From: Candidatus Alectryocaccomicrobium excrementavium
GTDB taxonomy: Bacteria > Bacillota > Clostridia > Christensenellales > Aristaeellaceae
Direction of reading: 5' to 3'
Assembly: GCA_018716755.1 (NCBI GenBank)
Contig: DVJN01000222.1
Coordinates: 1 to 55,559, forward strand
DNA: 55,559 bases
Within the stretch, counting starts at the first letter, position 1; every line of letters begins with the position of its first letter. The translations under genes were made by a program, and so were the position numbers. The notes beneath the pieces are model-generated. The model was not told the origin of the DNA. It did no database searches and saw only the letters and a program-made list of their open reading frames with translations. Shown here piece by piece: positions 1 through 8,817 of this stretch.

Positions 1-389
1 AGCCCGCGGTGCACGCGCTCGAGCTGCTCCGAAATGGCGCGGAAGGATTCGCCCAGCCGCGCTTCCAGCGTGGTTTGCAAGCGCGAATCCACGCTCTTGC
101 GCATCTGCTCCATCTGGGTTTCGAGCGCCAGGCGCAATTTTTCCTGATCCGCCCCCGCTGCCTCGCTGGCGCGCGTGAGCTGTGCAGCCGCGTCGCCCAG
201 CGACTGGGTGAGCAGCGAAAGCGTCTGGTTGGCCTGGGCGTTATCGCGCCGGGTTTGCGCGGCGAGCGCGCGCAGGGAGCGGCGCACGCCATGTGCAAAC
301 CGCCACAGCAGCAGTGCCAGCGCGGCCAGCAGCACCACCGTGCCCGCCAAGAAGGCCAGCGCCGGGTTTTCATTGAGAACGTTCCACAT
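1..389 (-). CDS. rmuC: DNA recombination protein RmuC, N-terminal part (the gene runs off the left edge of the window)
   Basis: It is absent from the ORF track because it is edge-truncated. A reverse-strand ATG at 389 is preceded by AAGGAG plus 7 nt. My translation is MWNVLNENPALAFLAGTVVLLAALALLLWRF (a TM helix), then a coiled-coil-like stretch ending in LGESFRAISEQLERVHRG. That resembles the conserved RmuC N-terminal region as I remember it. It overlaps the upstream gene's stop by 20 nt. Confidence 0.65.
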   Translation of the reverse strand, partial: MWNVLNENPALAFLAGTVVLLAALALLLWRFAHGVRRSLRALAAQTRRDNAQANQTLSLLTQSLGDAAAQLTRASEAAGADQEKLRLALETQMEQMRKSVDSRLQTTLEARLGESFRAISEQLERVHRG

Positions 390-1947
390 GGTTTTGCTCC
401 TTTTCCATCAGGGCGAGCGCGCAGCGGATGCCGTCCACCGCCGCCGAGGTGATGCCGCCCGCGTAGCCCGCGCCCTCTCCGCAGGGGAACAGGCCCGCCA
501 GGCTGGCCTGGCAGCGCTCGTCGCGCGGGATGCGCACGGGCGACGAAGAGCGGGTTTCCACGCCCGTGAGCACCGCGTCGTCCGCGGCAAAGCCGCGCAA
601 GCGCCGGTCGAAGAGCCGGATGCCCTCGCGCAGGCCGCGCAGGGCGAAATCCGGCAGGCACTCGTCCAGCCGCCCCCAGGCAACGCCGGGCCGGTACGTG
701 GGCTGCACGCCGCCCGGGCCGCTTGAGGCCTGGCCGCGCAGGAAATCGCCCACCAGCTGCGCGGGCGCGCGATAGCCGCCCAGGGCAAAGGCACGCTGTT
801 CCCACAGCCGCGCGAAGCGCACGCCCGCTAGCGGATCCGCGCCGGGGAAATCCTCCACGCGCACATCCACCAGCACGGCGCTGTTGGCGTTCTCCCCCGC
901 GCGCGCGTGCTCGCTCATGCCGTTGACCACCGTGCCGCCCGCCTCCGAAGCCGCAGCGATGACGCTGCCGCCCGGGCACATGCAAAAGGTGTACACGCCC
1001 CGGCCATCGCCCAGCCGCGCGCTCAGGCGGTATTCCGCCGCGCCCAGCGCCGGATGCCCCGCGAACGCGCCATACTGCGCGCGGTCGATCTGCCGCTGGC
1101 TGTGCTCGATGCGCGCGCCGATGGAAAAGGGCTTGGGCTCCAGGCGCACGCCCGCGCGCAGCAGCATTTCGAACGTATCCCGCGCGCTGTGCCCCACGGC
1201 CAGGATCGCGGCGCGGGCAGGCCATTCCGCCTCCTCGCCGCGCGCGTTGGCCACGCGCAGGCCGCAGAGCGCGCCATTTTCCTGCAAAAGGCCGATGAGC
1301 CGCGTTTGAAAATGGATTTCCCCGCCCAGGGCGAGGATTTTCTCCCGCAGCGCGCGCACCACCTGCCGGAGCCGGTCGGTGCCCACGTGCGGATGGGCCA
1401 TGTACAAAATGTCCTCCGGCGCGCCGCAGGCATGGAGCGTTTGCAGCACGCGCGCGATGTGCGGGCTCTTGATGCCCGTGGTGAGCTTGCCGTCCGAAAA
1501 CGCGCCCGCGCCGCCTTCGCCAAACTGCACGTTGCTCTCCCCGTCCAGCGCGCCCCCCGCCCAGAAGGTTTCCACATCGCGCGAACGCTCTTCCACGCGC
1601 TTGCCGCGCTCGAATATCACGGGCCGCGCGCCCGCCTCCGCCAGGGCGAGCGCGGCGAACAGCCCAGCCGGGCCCAGTCCGATCACCGCCGGGCGCGCGC
1701 GCCACTCCTGCCGGGGCAGGGGCGCGATGGGTGTTTCCCTGGCCTCCTGCGCGCCGGGCACGCGCCGCCGCGTTTCCACATCCAGCGAGTACACAAAGTG
1801 CACGTCACCCCGGTCGCGCGCGTCCACGGATTTTTTGCGCACGCGCACGCGCAGCACCTCGCCCTCGGCGATTTTCAGCGCCCGGGCGGCGACGCGCGCA
1901 AGTGGCGCGTCCAACCCCGCGGACACGTTGTTCACCCGATAAATCAT
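370..1947 (-). CDS. FAD-dependent protein of the COG2509 type (uncharacterised FAD-dependent dehydrogenase)
   Basis: ORF 370..1998, trimmed to MIYRVNNVSAGLD. It has a dinucleotide-binding motif VIGLGPAGLFAALALAEAG and the family-typical NVQFGEGGAGAFSDGKLTT. Its start forms an ATGA overlap with the stop of the upstream gene at 1944-1947. Confidence 0.8.
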   Translation of the reverse strand: MIYRVNNVSAGLDAPLARVAARALKIAEGEVLRVRVRKKSVDARDRGDVHFVYSLDVETRRRVPGAQEARETPIAPLPRQEWRARPAVIGLGPAGLFAALALAEAGARPVIFERGKRVEERSRDVETFWAGGALDGESNVQFGEGGAGAFSDGKLTTGIKSPHIARVLQTLHACGAPEDILYMAHPHVGTDRLRQVVRALREKILALGGEIHFQTRLIGLLQENGALCGLRVANARGEEAEWPARAAILAVGHSARDTFEMLLRAGVRLEPKPFSIGARIEHSQRQIDRAQYGAFAGHPALGAAEYRLSARLGDGRGVYTFCMCPGGSVIAAASEAGGTVVNGMSEHARAGENANSAVLVDVRVEDFPGADPLAGVRFARLWEQRAFALGGYRAPAQLVGDFLRGQASSGPGGVQPTYRPGVAWGRLDECLPDFALRGLREGIRLFDRRLRGFAADDAVLTGVETRSSSPVRIPRDERCQASLAGLFPCGEGAGYAGGITSAAVDGIRCALALMEKEQNHVERSQ

Positions 1948-3167
1948 CTTCGCTTTGCCGCCTCGCTTCCCGCCAGCAAGCCGCTGGCCCAGGCCCATTG
2001 CAGGTTATAGCCGCCGCAGCCGCCGTCTACATTCAGGATTTCGCCCGCCGCGAACAGGCCGGGAACCTTGCGCGACTGCAGCGTGCGCGGATCAAAATCG
2101 CGCGTGTCCAGCCCGCCGGCCATCACCTGCGCGTTGGCGTAGCCCGCGGTGCCCAGCGCAGGCAGCCGCCATTCAAAAAGCAGCGCCTCCAGCGCGCTTA
2201 GCTCCCCCGCCGAAAGCGAACCCGCCGGGCGCGAAAGCGGAGCGATGCCCGCGTTTTTGAGCAGCACCTGGCCCAGGCGCTTGGGCACGAGCCCAGTGAG
2301 AAAATCCTCCAGCGAACGGCCGGCAAGCCGTTCGCGCCGCGCGCGCAAAAAGCCCGGTTCTTCCTCCGGCATGGCGCACACGGCGATTTCCGCGCGCCGC
2401 TTTTCCGCCAGCGCATAGGAGAGCGGCCGCGACACCTGCATCACCGCCGGGCCGGAAACGCCGTAGTCCGCAAAGAGAATTTCCCCCGCTGCGCGCGCGG
2501 CCTCGCGGCCATCCACATACGCGCGCGCCTGTCCTTCCACCCGGATGCCCTTGAGCGCACGCACGGCCTCGGGCGGGGTTTTGATCTGCACCAGCGCGGG
2601 CGCACAGGAAACCAGCCGGTGACCCAGCGCGCGCATCATCTTCAGCCCGCTATCGCTCCCGCCCAGGGCGGGAGCGGCCATGCCGCCCAGCGCGCACACG
2701 ACACTCTTCCCCCAAACCGCGCGGCCATCCCCGGCGCGCGCGCAAAAGCCGCCATGCTGGGCCTCCAGCGCAATGGCGGCGAAATCCGCCACGGTTTCGC
2801 CGCCCGCCTCGGCAAACGCCAGGCGCAACGCATCCACCACGGCGGCGGCCTGATTGCTGCGCGGGAACACGCGTCCGCCGTATTCCTCGCGGCTTTCCAG
2901 CCCGATTTCCCGGAAGAATGCGCGTACCTCTTCCGGCGAAAAGCGCGAAAGCGCACATTCTGCGAACGCGCCATCGCCAAAATAGTCCGCCGCGCGCGCG
3001 CCGGTGTTCGTCAAATTGCAGCGTCCATTGCCCGTAGCCAGCAGGCGTTTGCCCACGCGCGGCAATTTTTCCACGAGGCACACCCGCGCCCCTGCCCGGG
3101 CGGCGGCGATGCCGGCGGCCAATCCCGCCGCGCCTCCGCCCAGCACCAACACATCCGCGCGCCTCAT
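1944..3167 (-). CDS. HI0933/BaiN-family flavoprotein (aminoacetone-oxidase-family FAD-binding enzyme)
   Basis: ORF 1944..3290, trimmed to MRRADVLVLGGGAAGLAAGIAAARAG. The family signature VGKRLLATGNGRCNLTN is present. Its start forms an ATGA overlap with the helD stop at 3164-3167. Confidence 0.85.
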   Translation of the reverse strand: MRRADVLVLGGGAAGLAAGIAAARAGARVCLVEKLPRVGKRLLATGNGRCNLTNTGARAADYFGDGAFAECALSRFSPEEVRAFFREIGLESREEYGGRVFPRSNQAAAVVDALRLAFAEAGGETVADFAAIALEAQHGGFCARAGDGRAVWGKSVVCALGGMAAPALGGSDSGLKMMRALGHRLVSCAPALVQIKTPPEAVRALKGIRVEGQARAYVDGREAARAAGEILFADYGVSGPAVMQVSRPLSYALAEKRRAEIAVCAMPEEEPGFLRARRERLAGRSLEDFLTGLVPKRLGQVLLKNAGIAPLSRPAGSLSAGELSALEALLFEWRLPALGTAGYANAQVMAGGLDTRDFDPRTLQSRKVPGLFAAGEILNVDGGCGGYNLQWAWASGLLAGSEAAKRR

Positions 3168-5302
3168 AGCACGATGCCCAGCTTTTCGATCATTTCGGGC
3201 TCCGTGAGCACCACCAAATGGTGCAGCGCGCGGGAACACGCTGTGTACAGGCGCCGCCGCTCGCCATCGGTGAGCTTTTCTTCGGGCCACACCACCACGA
3301 CGGCGTCGAACTCCATGCCCTTCATCACGTGGTAGCAGCCCACGGCAACATCTGTGGATTCAAACAGCGCGTCGTCGCCGCCGTCCAGCAGATACGCGCC
3401 CTCAATCCTGCGACTGAGCCGGTCCGCCATCTTGGTGGTGCGCGTGACCACGGCCACGCGGTGGTATGCCTTTCGCAAACAGTTCACGGTGGCTACCGCA
3501 TCTTTTTCCGTATAGGCGCGCAACTCAGGCGAAACGCCTTCCCGGCCAAAGGGCACGATTTGATCGCCATCGGGCAAAAGCGCGTTCAAAAAGCGCGTAA
3601 TCGGCAGGCTGGAACGGTAGCAGCGGCCCAGCGTGAGCAGCGGTGCGTTTTCCACCTGGAAGCACGCGCCCCAATTTTCCGGCGCGCAGGGCGGCATACC
3701 GGGGCACGTGCGCTGCTTGGGATCGCCCAGCAGCGTGACCTGCGCCTCGGGATAATACAGCGCCAGCGCGGCGAGCGCCGCATCGGCATAATCCTGCGCC
3801 TCGTCGACGATCATGTGGCGGATCCCCCGGTCGGGCGCGGCAAAGCCCAGATCCAGCATGATATAGGCGATGGCGCCCGCGTCCTCCCACCAGACGCATT
3901 GGGCCTGCGCGTTTTCCCGCGCGGCGGCGGCCAATTCCTCGGGTGCGCCGCGCATCATCTGCGCGAACAGCTCAAGCGGGTGGACTTCCAGCATGCGCCG
4001 GATCTGGCTGCGCACGGGATGCAGCCGCTGCATAACCGCCATGCGCGCCGCCATGGCCAGTTCCTTGCCCTTATAGCGCCCGCTGAACGATTCGGCATAT
4101 TGCTTTTCCAGCGAAGCGCCCCATACCTCCAGCCGCTGCTCCAAAACAGTTTGAATGCGCAAAATGCGCAGCGCGGGCGCGAGCAGGCGGAATTCCTCGC
4201 GATACAGCGCGCGCAGCGAGTCCGCGTCCATCAGCATGCGCTCCTCCAGCTTTATATCGGCAAATTCCGGGCCTTCCTCCCGGTATTGCCGGCAAAACGC
4301 GCGCAGGCGCGCGAGGAACTCCGCGCCGCTCTTATAGCGCACGCTCGCGCGGCGCAGTTCATACCCCGGCTCCATCAGGCGCTCCACCTGCTTGAGCGGC
4401 GGTTCCACTGCCTGCCCCAGAATGGTGCCGAACACTTCGCTCATAGTAGCCGAACGGGTATTCTCTTCTCCCAGCTCTGGCAGCACGGTGGAAATGTATT
4501 CGCTGAACGCGCTGGAGGGCGAAAGGATCACAACGCGCTTCGCGTCCAGCGAATCGCGATAGCGGTACAGCAAATAAGCCGCGCGGTGCATGGCCACAGA
4601 AGTCTTCCCCGAACCCGCCGCGCCCACCACGCACAAAAGGCGCACGTTGTCGTAGCGCACGGCCGCGTTCTGTTCCTTCTGGATGGTGGAAACGATCTGC
4701 CGCATGTGGCTGGTGGTGGCACCGGAAAGGATGTCGAGCAGAATCTCATCGTCAATGGAAACTTCGGTGTCAATATAATACACGAGCCGGCCGTTTTCCA
4801 TTTTATACTGCCGCTTGAGCAGCATTTCACCCCGCATCACGCCTGACGGGCTGTTGTAGGCCACTTCGCCCGGCAGGGAATCGTAATACAGCGAGCACAC
4901 CGGCGCACGCCAATCGTACACCACGCGCTCGCCCGTGGCCGGATCGGTGAGCGAATACAGGCCAATAACGATCTTCTCCACCTCGCTGCCGCCCGCCTCC
5001 CGGAAATCGATGCGGGCAAAAAACGGGTTGAGCAGCATCTGCCGGTACTGGCGCTCGTTTTCCTTGCTCCAGTCGTGCCGCGCGAGAAAGTGGTGCACTT
5101 CCTGCGAAAGCTGCTCCAAATCCTTGGGCGAAAGCGCTGTGGGTTTGAGGCGCAGTTCCTCCCAGGCGTCGGCAAGCATCAGGCGAATGGACTCCATGTG
5201 TTCACCGGCAAAGCCCTTTGCCTTATCAATAGCCGCCGAAAGAAGCTGCTGCACGCGGGCAGCAAATTTTTGCTCCCTCTGTAGCTCTTGCGGTTGCATC
5301 AT
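3164..5302 (-). CDS. helD: HelD-like UvrD-family helicase (RNA polymerase-associated helicase IV type)
   Basis: 712 aa. The N-terminal coiled-coil arm ends in NPFFARIDF. Walker A is GAAGSGKTSVAMHRAAYLLY, and IVDEAQD and a C-terminal GMEFDAVVV helicase motif are present. The RBS is AAGGAGGG upstream of ATGATG. Confidence 0.8.
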   Translation of the reverse strand: MMQPQELQREQKFAARVQQLLSAAIDKAKGFAGEHMESIRLMLADAWEELRLKPTALSPKDLEQLSQEVHHFLARHDWSKENERQYRQMLLNPFFARIDFREAGGSEVEKIVIGLYSLTDPATGERVVYDWRAPVCSLYYDSLPGEVAYNSPSGVMRGEMLLKRQYKMENGRLVYYIDTEVSIDDEILLDILSGATTSHMRQIVSTIQKEQNAAVRYDNVRLLCVVGAAGSGKTSVAMHRAAYLLYRYRDSLDAKRVVILSPSSAFSEYISTVLPELGEENTRSATMSEVFGTILGQAVEPPLKQVERLMEPGYELRRASVRYKSGAEFLARLRAFCRQYREEGPEFADIKLEERMLMDADSLRALYREEFRLLAPALRILRIQTVLEQRLEVWGASLEKQYAESFSGRYKGKELAMAARMAVMQRLHPVRSQIRRMLEVHPLELFAQMMRGAPEELAAAARENAQAQCVWWEDAGAIAYIMLDLGFAAPDRGIRHMIVDEAQDYADAALAALALYYPEAQVTLLGDPKQRTCPGMPPCAPENWGACFQVENAPLLTLGRCYRSSLPITRFLNALLPDGDQIVPFGREGVSPELRAYTEKDAVATVNCLRKAYHRVAVVTRTTKMADRLSRRIEGAYLLDGGDDALFESTDVAVGCYHVMKGMEFDAVVVVWPEEKLTDGERRRLYTACSRALHHLVVLTEPEMIEKLGIVL

Positions 5303-5367
5303 CCGATTTCCCTCCTTCTGCGCGCGGATGTGGCTGGATATCCCCGGCCTGTACGGGCCGCTTTTCT

Positions 5368-5397
5368 ATTATACCATGGTTGTCCATACTCCTGCAA
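5368..5397 (-). promoter_or_regulatory. Putative sigma-A promoter of the helD operon (TTGCAG-N18-TGGTATAAT, extended -10)
   Basis: On the reverse strand, TATAAT lies at 5373..5368 with TGG immediately upstream, and TTGCAG lies at 5397..5392. It sits about 65 nt upstream of the helD ATG. Confidence 0.35.
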
Positions 5398-5658
5398 GTG
5401 CGCACGCAAAGAGCGGGGAACGTCATATTTGCTTTTATCATGGCGCCGAAGAAGGCCGGGAACTCAGTTCTTGCTTTCGGCTCATCTTTTAAGTGAAATG
5501 CAGCAATGAAAAGGGATTTTGCGGAAACCATTCGGATCTGCCGGGCATGGTTTTTCCGCATATTGGAAGAACTGTCAATAAAAACCACGTCCGGCATACA
5601 ATGCGGCGGATTCCGCCCAGTGGCCTGGCACTGCTGGTCCGCCCGGCATCGGCAATAT

Positions 5659-5711
5659 GGAAAAATATCGCAGCGCGCCTCCCTGCTTTTGCAGAGGATT
5701 GTGCGCGCTGC
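5659..5711 (-). terminator. Intrinsic terminator downstream of the URO-D-family gene
   Basis: An inverted repeat GCAGCGCGC (5670-5678) / GCGCGCTGC (5703-5711) has an inner CTGC/GCAG pair. On the minus strand it is followed by a T-run (plus-strand AAAAA at 5661-5665). Confidence 0.45.
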
Positions 5712-5724
5712 CCGGTGAAATGGC

Positions 5725-6780
5725 CTACAAGCGCTCTACCCGGCGCTCTGCCGCATAAATGGCCTCGATATTCGCCGTGGGTACATCCGGCTCAAAAGCC
5801 TGGCTCGCCATCAGAATATAGCCGCCGCTTCCGCCCAGGATGCGCACATATTTTTCCGCTTCCAGGCGTACTTCTTCCGGCGTGCCACAGGGCAACAGAT
5901 GCTGCGTATCAATGCCCCCGTGAAAGGCAATTTTGCCGGCATATGCCACGAGATCTTCCGGGCACAGCCCCTTTACGTGCTGCAAAGGTTCCAGCGCATC
6001 CACGCCGCAGGCGATGAAATCAGGGATCAACGCGCCCACGCAGCCACAGCTGTGCTGCTGATAAAACGCGCCATAGTGGTGCGCCAGATCGACCAGCCGC
6101 ACCGTGTTTTCCCGAAAATACTCCCGCCACATTTGCGGGCTGAACAGCAGGGAAATCTGCGTGCCATAATCGTCGTGCGGGCGCAGAATATCGATCTTCC
6201 CCGCCCCAGCCTCGAAACAGCGGCGATAATATTCCATTTCAAAATCCACCATGCGGTCGAGCAGTGCGCGCGCGATTTCCGGCTCTTCCACCATGAGGAG
6301 CAGGAATTTTTCCATGGGCATCAAATACGTCACAATCTGAAACGGTCCCTCATGTCCGATGAGAATCGCGCGATCCGGGTATTGCTCGCAGGCTCGGGCA
6401 ACCGGCGAATAATCGAACCAATCCGGGTCCGGGAACGAATAGGCGTTTAGATCCGCCATGGTTTCCAGGCGCGCGAGCGGATATTCCGTGGTCGTGTCGT
6501 ATTCATCAATGCTGGTGGTTATGCGGGTGGACATATAACCCCACCAGGATTGCTGCACGAGCTGGCCCTTGGCGTTGTGAAACTGCCTGAGCTTGGGGCC
6601 AATATAGGCGGGGCCGGTGGGCAAAATGTCGATGCGGTACCGGTCGAGCAAATCCCCGTAATTGCAGTGGTATTGCCCGCACAGGCGGCGCGATACCGCG
6701 GAAACCGCCTCAAAGGCAGCGGGAACCCTGTCGACGGGCTGGCAACGCATCGCCCGGCGAACGCGCTCTTTGGACGTCAT
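5725..6780 (-). CDS. Uroporphyrinogen-decarboxylase (URO-D) family protein, function unknown in this context
   Basis: 351 aa, MTSKERVRRAMRCQPVDRVP with overall URO-D/MtaA-like (beta/alpha)8 sequence character. The RBS is GGAGGG plus 6 nt. It is the last gene of the minus-strand sugar ABC cluster. Confidence 0.75.
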   Translation of the reverse strand: MTSKERVRRAMRCQPVDRVPAAFEAVSAVSRRLCGQYHCNYGDLLDRYRIDILPTGPAYIGPKLRQFHNAKGQLVQQSWWGYMSTRITTSIDEYDTTTEYPLARLETMADLNAYSFPDPDWFDYSPVARACEQYPDRAILIGHEGPFQIVTYLMPMEKFLLLMVEEPEIARALLDRMVDFEMEYYRRCFEAGAGKIDILRPHDDYGTQISLLFSPQMWREYFRENTVRLVDLAHHYGAFYQQHSCGCVGALIPDFIACGVDALEPLQHVKGLCPEDLVAYAGKIAFHGGIDTQHLLPCGTPEEVRLEAEKYVRILGGSGGYILMASQAFEPDVPTANIEAIYAAERRVERL

Positions 6781-7135
6781 GTCGATCCCTCCACTTGGCG
6801 TAATGGTATGCTACAGCCATTATACCGAAATGCCCCGCGCGATACAAGCAAAATACTTGCCGAATTGGGAACAGGGAATTGTCATTTGGCGAAATGGCAT
6901 CCATCCCTCAAGCCCGCGGCGGCGCCCAGAGCATTGACAAAGTATCGGAAGAACGAGGCTATAATCAGAAATGACGGCGTGTACGTCATTTCTGGTATTT
7001 TTCGGGAGCAAATGCTTGCATTTGCGGAGAAAAATACTTTCCCGCCCCGATTGCTGGCCGTCGAAGCCCGCGAAGCGGTGCGTAGACAAGCAATCGGGAA
7101 ATCTCGTTGGCAAACCGCAGGTTTGTCAACGATCA

Positions 7136-7167
7136 GGCGCCGCCGCGGGCAAGCCCGCGGCGGCGCC
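7136..7167 (-). terminator. GC-rich perfect hairpin just downstream of the binding-protein gene (possible terminator or attenuator, weak U-tract)
   Basis: GGCGCCGCCGCGGGC (7136-7150), a 2-nt AA loop, then GCCCGCGGCGGCGCC (7153-7167), giving perfect 15-nt arms. It lies 25 nt downstream of the stop at 7192. No clear T-run follows on the minus strand. Confidence 0.35.
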
Positions 7168-7191
7168 ATATTCACTTCCTGCAAATAGGTT

Positions 7192-8751
7192 TTAACCGGC
7201 CATCGCCTGGTAATCGGCATACGCATCCACAAAAATCTGCACATACGCATCCAGATTCATGCTTTGCAGGTTCTCCACATAGGCATCCCACTGATCCAGC
7301 CCCATATCGCCGGAAATGAAGCGCGCTTCGCAGGATTCCACATATTTGGAGATATCCGTGTAATAGGTATTGGCGGTTTCAGTGTCCTCTTCGCTGAGCT
7401 TTACCTTGGGATAGCCCTGCGTGAGGTAGGGCGTGTAAGACTTGGCGGTGTGCTCTTCCAGATCGATCACGTGCGCCGCATTCAGATGGAGCGCGAAGTC
7501 GGGATCCACGTATCCGGGCGTGCCCGTGCCGCAGTTGGGCGTGATCGTACCGCGGTATTCTTCGGAGGAAGCATAGCCCTCGGGAACGTTCTTATCCCAA
7601 TAGGTGCGGGTATCATCGATATAGTCCCAGCCGTAGCCTTCCGGTCCCTGGCTGAGCAGGATGCCGCCTTCCGAAGAGTAGAGGTAATCGACCCAGCGCA
7701 GCGCGGCCTCGGGATCCTTGCAGGTGGAGGAAACCGCGTACACGCCGGTGCTTCCCAGCCAGTTCTGCGGCGCCATGGGCGTGTCGTTCATCTCCGAGGT
7801 GAGCGGAGCGATGGAATCATATTTGGGATAATTCTCGGTGGTGTCCACCAGATAAGAGGCCAGGCAGAAGAAGTTGCCGATCAGCGACTGGTTGCCCTTG
7901 GCCACCAGCTGGTTGCCCGCCTGCGAGAAGCACTCGTTGTCCAGCAGGCCTTCCGCATAGAGTTTGTGGGCGAATTCCAGATAGGCCTTATAAGCGTCGC
8001 TGGTGAAGACATACTGCACGTTGCCTTCGCCGTCCAGATACATATCGCCATTGCCGCCGTTGCTGGTCACCACGCCATAAGCCGCGAGCATGAAGGTGCG
8101 GAACGTGCCGATCATCACATTGCCATCGGTGGCGAAACTGAGGGCGATTTCGTCGTTCTCGCCATTGCCGTTGGGGTCGCCGTTTTTGAAGGCCACGAGC
8201 ATATCATAATATTCGTCGACCGTGGTGGGAACTTCCAGATCCAGCGCCTCGAGCCATTCCTTATTGACCCAGGATTTCGCGGCGACGTAGTCGCGCGGGC
8301 AGGCGGATACCCCGATCAGGGAATAGATGTGCCCATCGGACGAGGTCATCATGGTGCGGTATTCCGGATTTGCCTCCAGGAAGGCGGTGAGGTTGGGCAT
8401 GGTTTCCTCATTGATGTAATCCTCCAGCGGCAGGAACGCGCCCATGCTGCCATATTGCAGCAATTCGGCTTCGCTCAGGTTTGCGCCCATGAGCACGTCC
8501 GGCAGGTCGCCAGAGCCCAGCAGCAGCGCCTTGCGCTCGGGAAGGGTGCTGGAATCCACCAGATCGAACTCCCAGGAAACGCCGGTGATCTTTTCCATTT
8601 CCTGGAAAAACAGCATATCTTCCCAGGGGCCCTGAATGGGTGCCTGAACGGAGAACATGGTGAGGGTAACGGGTTCGACTTCCTCCGCCACTGCGCTCGA
8701 AAGGCCGAGCATCAGCAGCATTGCAAGAACCAGGGACAGGATTCGCTTCAT
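7192..8751 (-). CDS. Extracellular solute-binding protein of a carbohydrate ABC importer (LplA-like, large family-1 SBP)
   Basis: 519 aa. The signal peptide is MKRILSLVLAMLLMLGLSSAVAEE, and the composition is SBP-like, rich in D/E/Y/W/N. The RBS is AAGGAGG. It is adjacent to two MalFG-type permeases. Confidence 0.85.
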   Translation of the reverse strand: MKRILSLVLAMLLMLGLSSAVAEEVEPVTLTMFSVQAPIQGPWEDMLFFQEMEKITGVSWEFDLVDSSTLPERKALLLGSGDLPDVLMGANLSEAELLQYGSMGAFLPLEDYINEETMPNLTAFLEANPEYRTMMTSSDGHIYSLIGVSACPRDYVAAKSWVNKEWLEALDLEVPTTVDEYYDMLVAFKNGDPNGNGENDEIALSFATDGNVMIGTFRTFMLAAYGVVTSNGGNGDMYLDGEGNVQYVFTSDAYKAYLEFAHKLYAEGLLDNECFSQAGNQLVAKGNQSLIGNFFCLASYLVDTTENYPKYDSIAPLTSEMNDTPMAPQNWLGSTGVYAVSSTCKDPEAALRWVDYLYSSEGGILLSQGPEGYGWDYIDDTRTYWDKNVPEGYASSEEYRGTITPNCGTGTPGYVDPDFALHLNAAHVIDLEEHTAKSYTPYLTQGYPKVKLSEEDTETANTYYTDISKYVESCEARFISGDMGLDQWDAYVENLQSMNLDAYVQIFVDAYADYQAMAG

Positions 8752-8817
8752 AGGGATAGCCTCCTTCTTTTATTTGAACTGCCGCGTTGCGGCAATTCCA
8801 TTCCAGCCTTTGCGCCA

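Noticed and set aside
3218-4846. This 542-aa plus-strand ORF lies opposite helD. The other long antisense ORFs are of the same kind: 907..2010, 7264..9108, 9724..10758, 13926..14840, 17120..18175, 18309..19631, 20059..20928, 24763..25719, 25944..27146, 27210..28133, 29608..30693, 31028..31888, 34114..34944, 35274..36605, 38018..38965, 45045..45929, 48762..49607, 50748..51569 and 54583..55446.
   Set aside because: Each overlaps, on the opposite strand or in another frame, a gene with clear family motifs, an RBS and sensible gene boundaries. None shows a domain signature or a Shine-Dalgarno site. Collectively they are explained by GC-driven stop-codon depletion.
5506-5718. A 70-aa plus-strand ORF lies in the helD / URO-D spacer.
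   Set aside because: It has no SD upstream. Its composition is unlike the neighbouring genes (Cys/Arg/Trp-rich), and it overlaps the predicted minus-strand terminator. It is more likely non-coding promoter or terminator DNA.
6934-6965. A TTGACA ... TATAAT pair on the plus strand could drive a small RNA.
   Set aside because: The spacer is 20 nt, too long for a functional sigma-A promoter. The predicted start would fall inside the following hairpin, leaving a transcript of about 30 nt. It is kept only as part of the structured-spacer observation.
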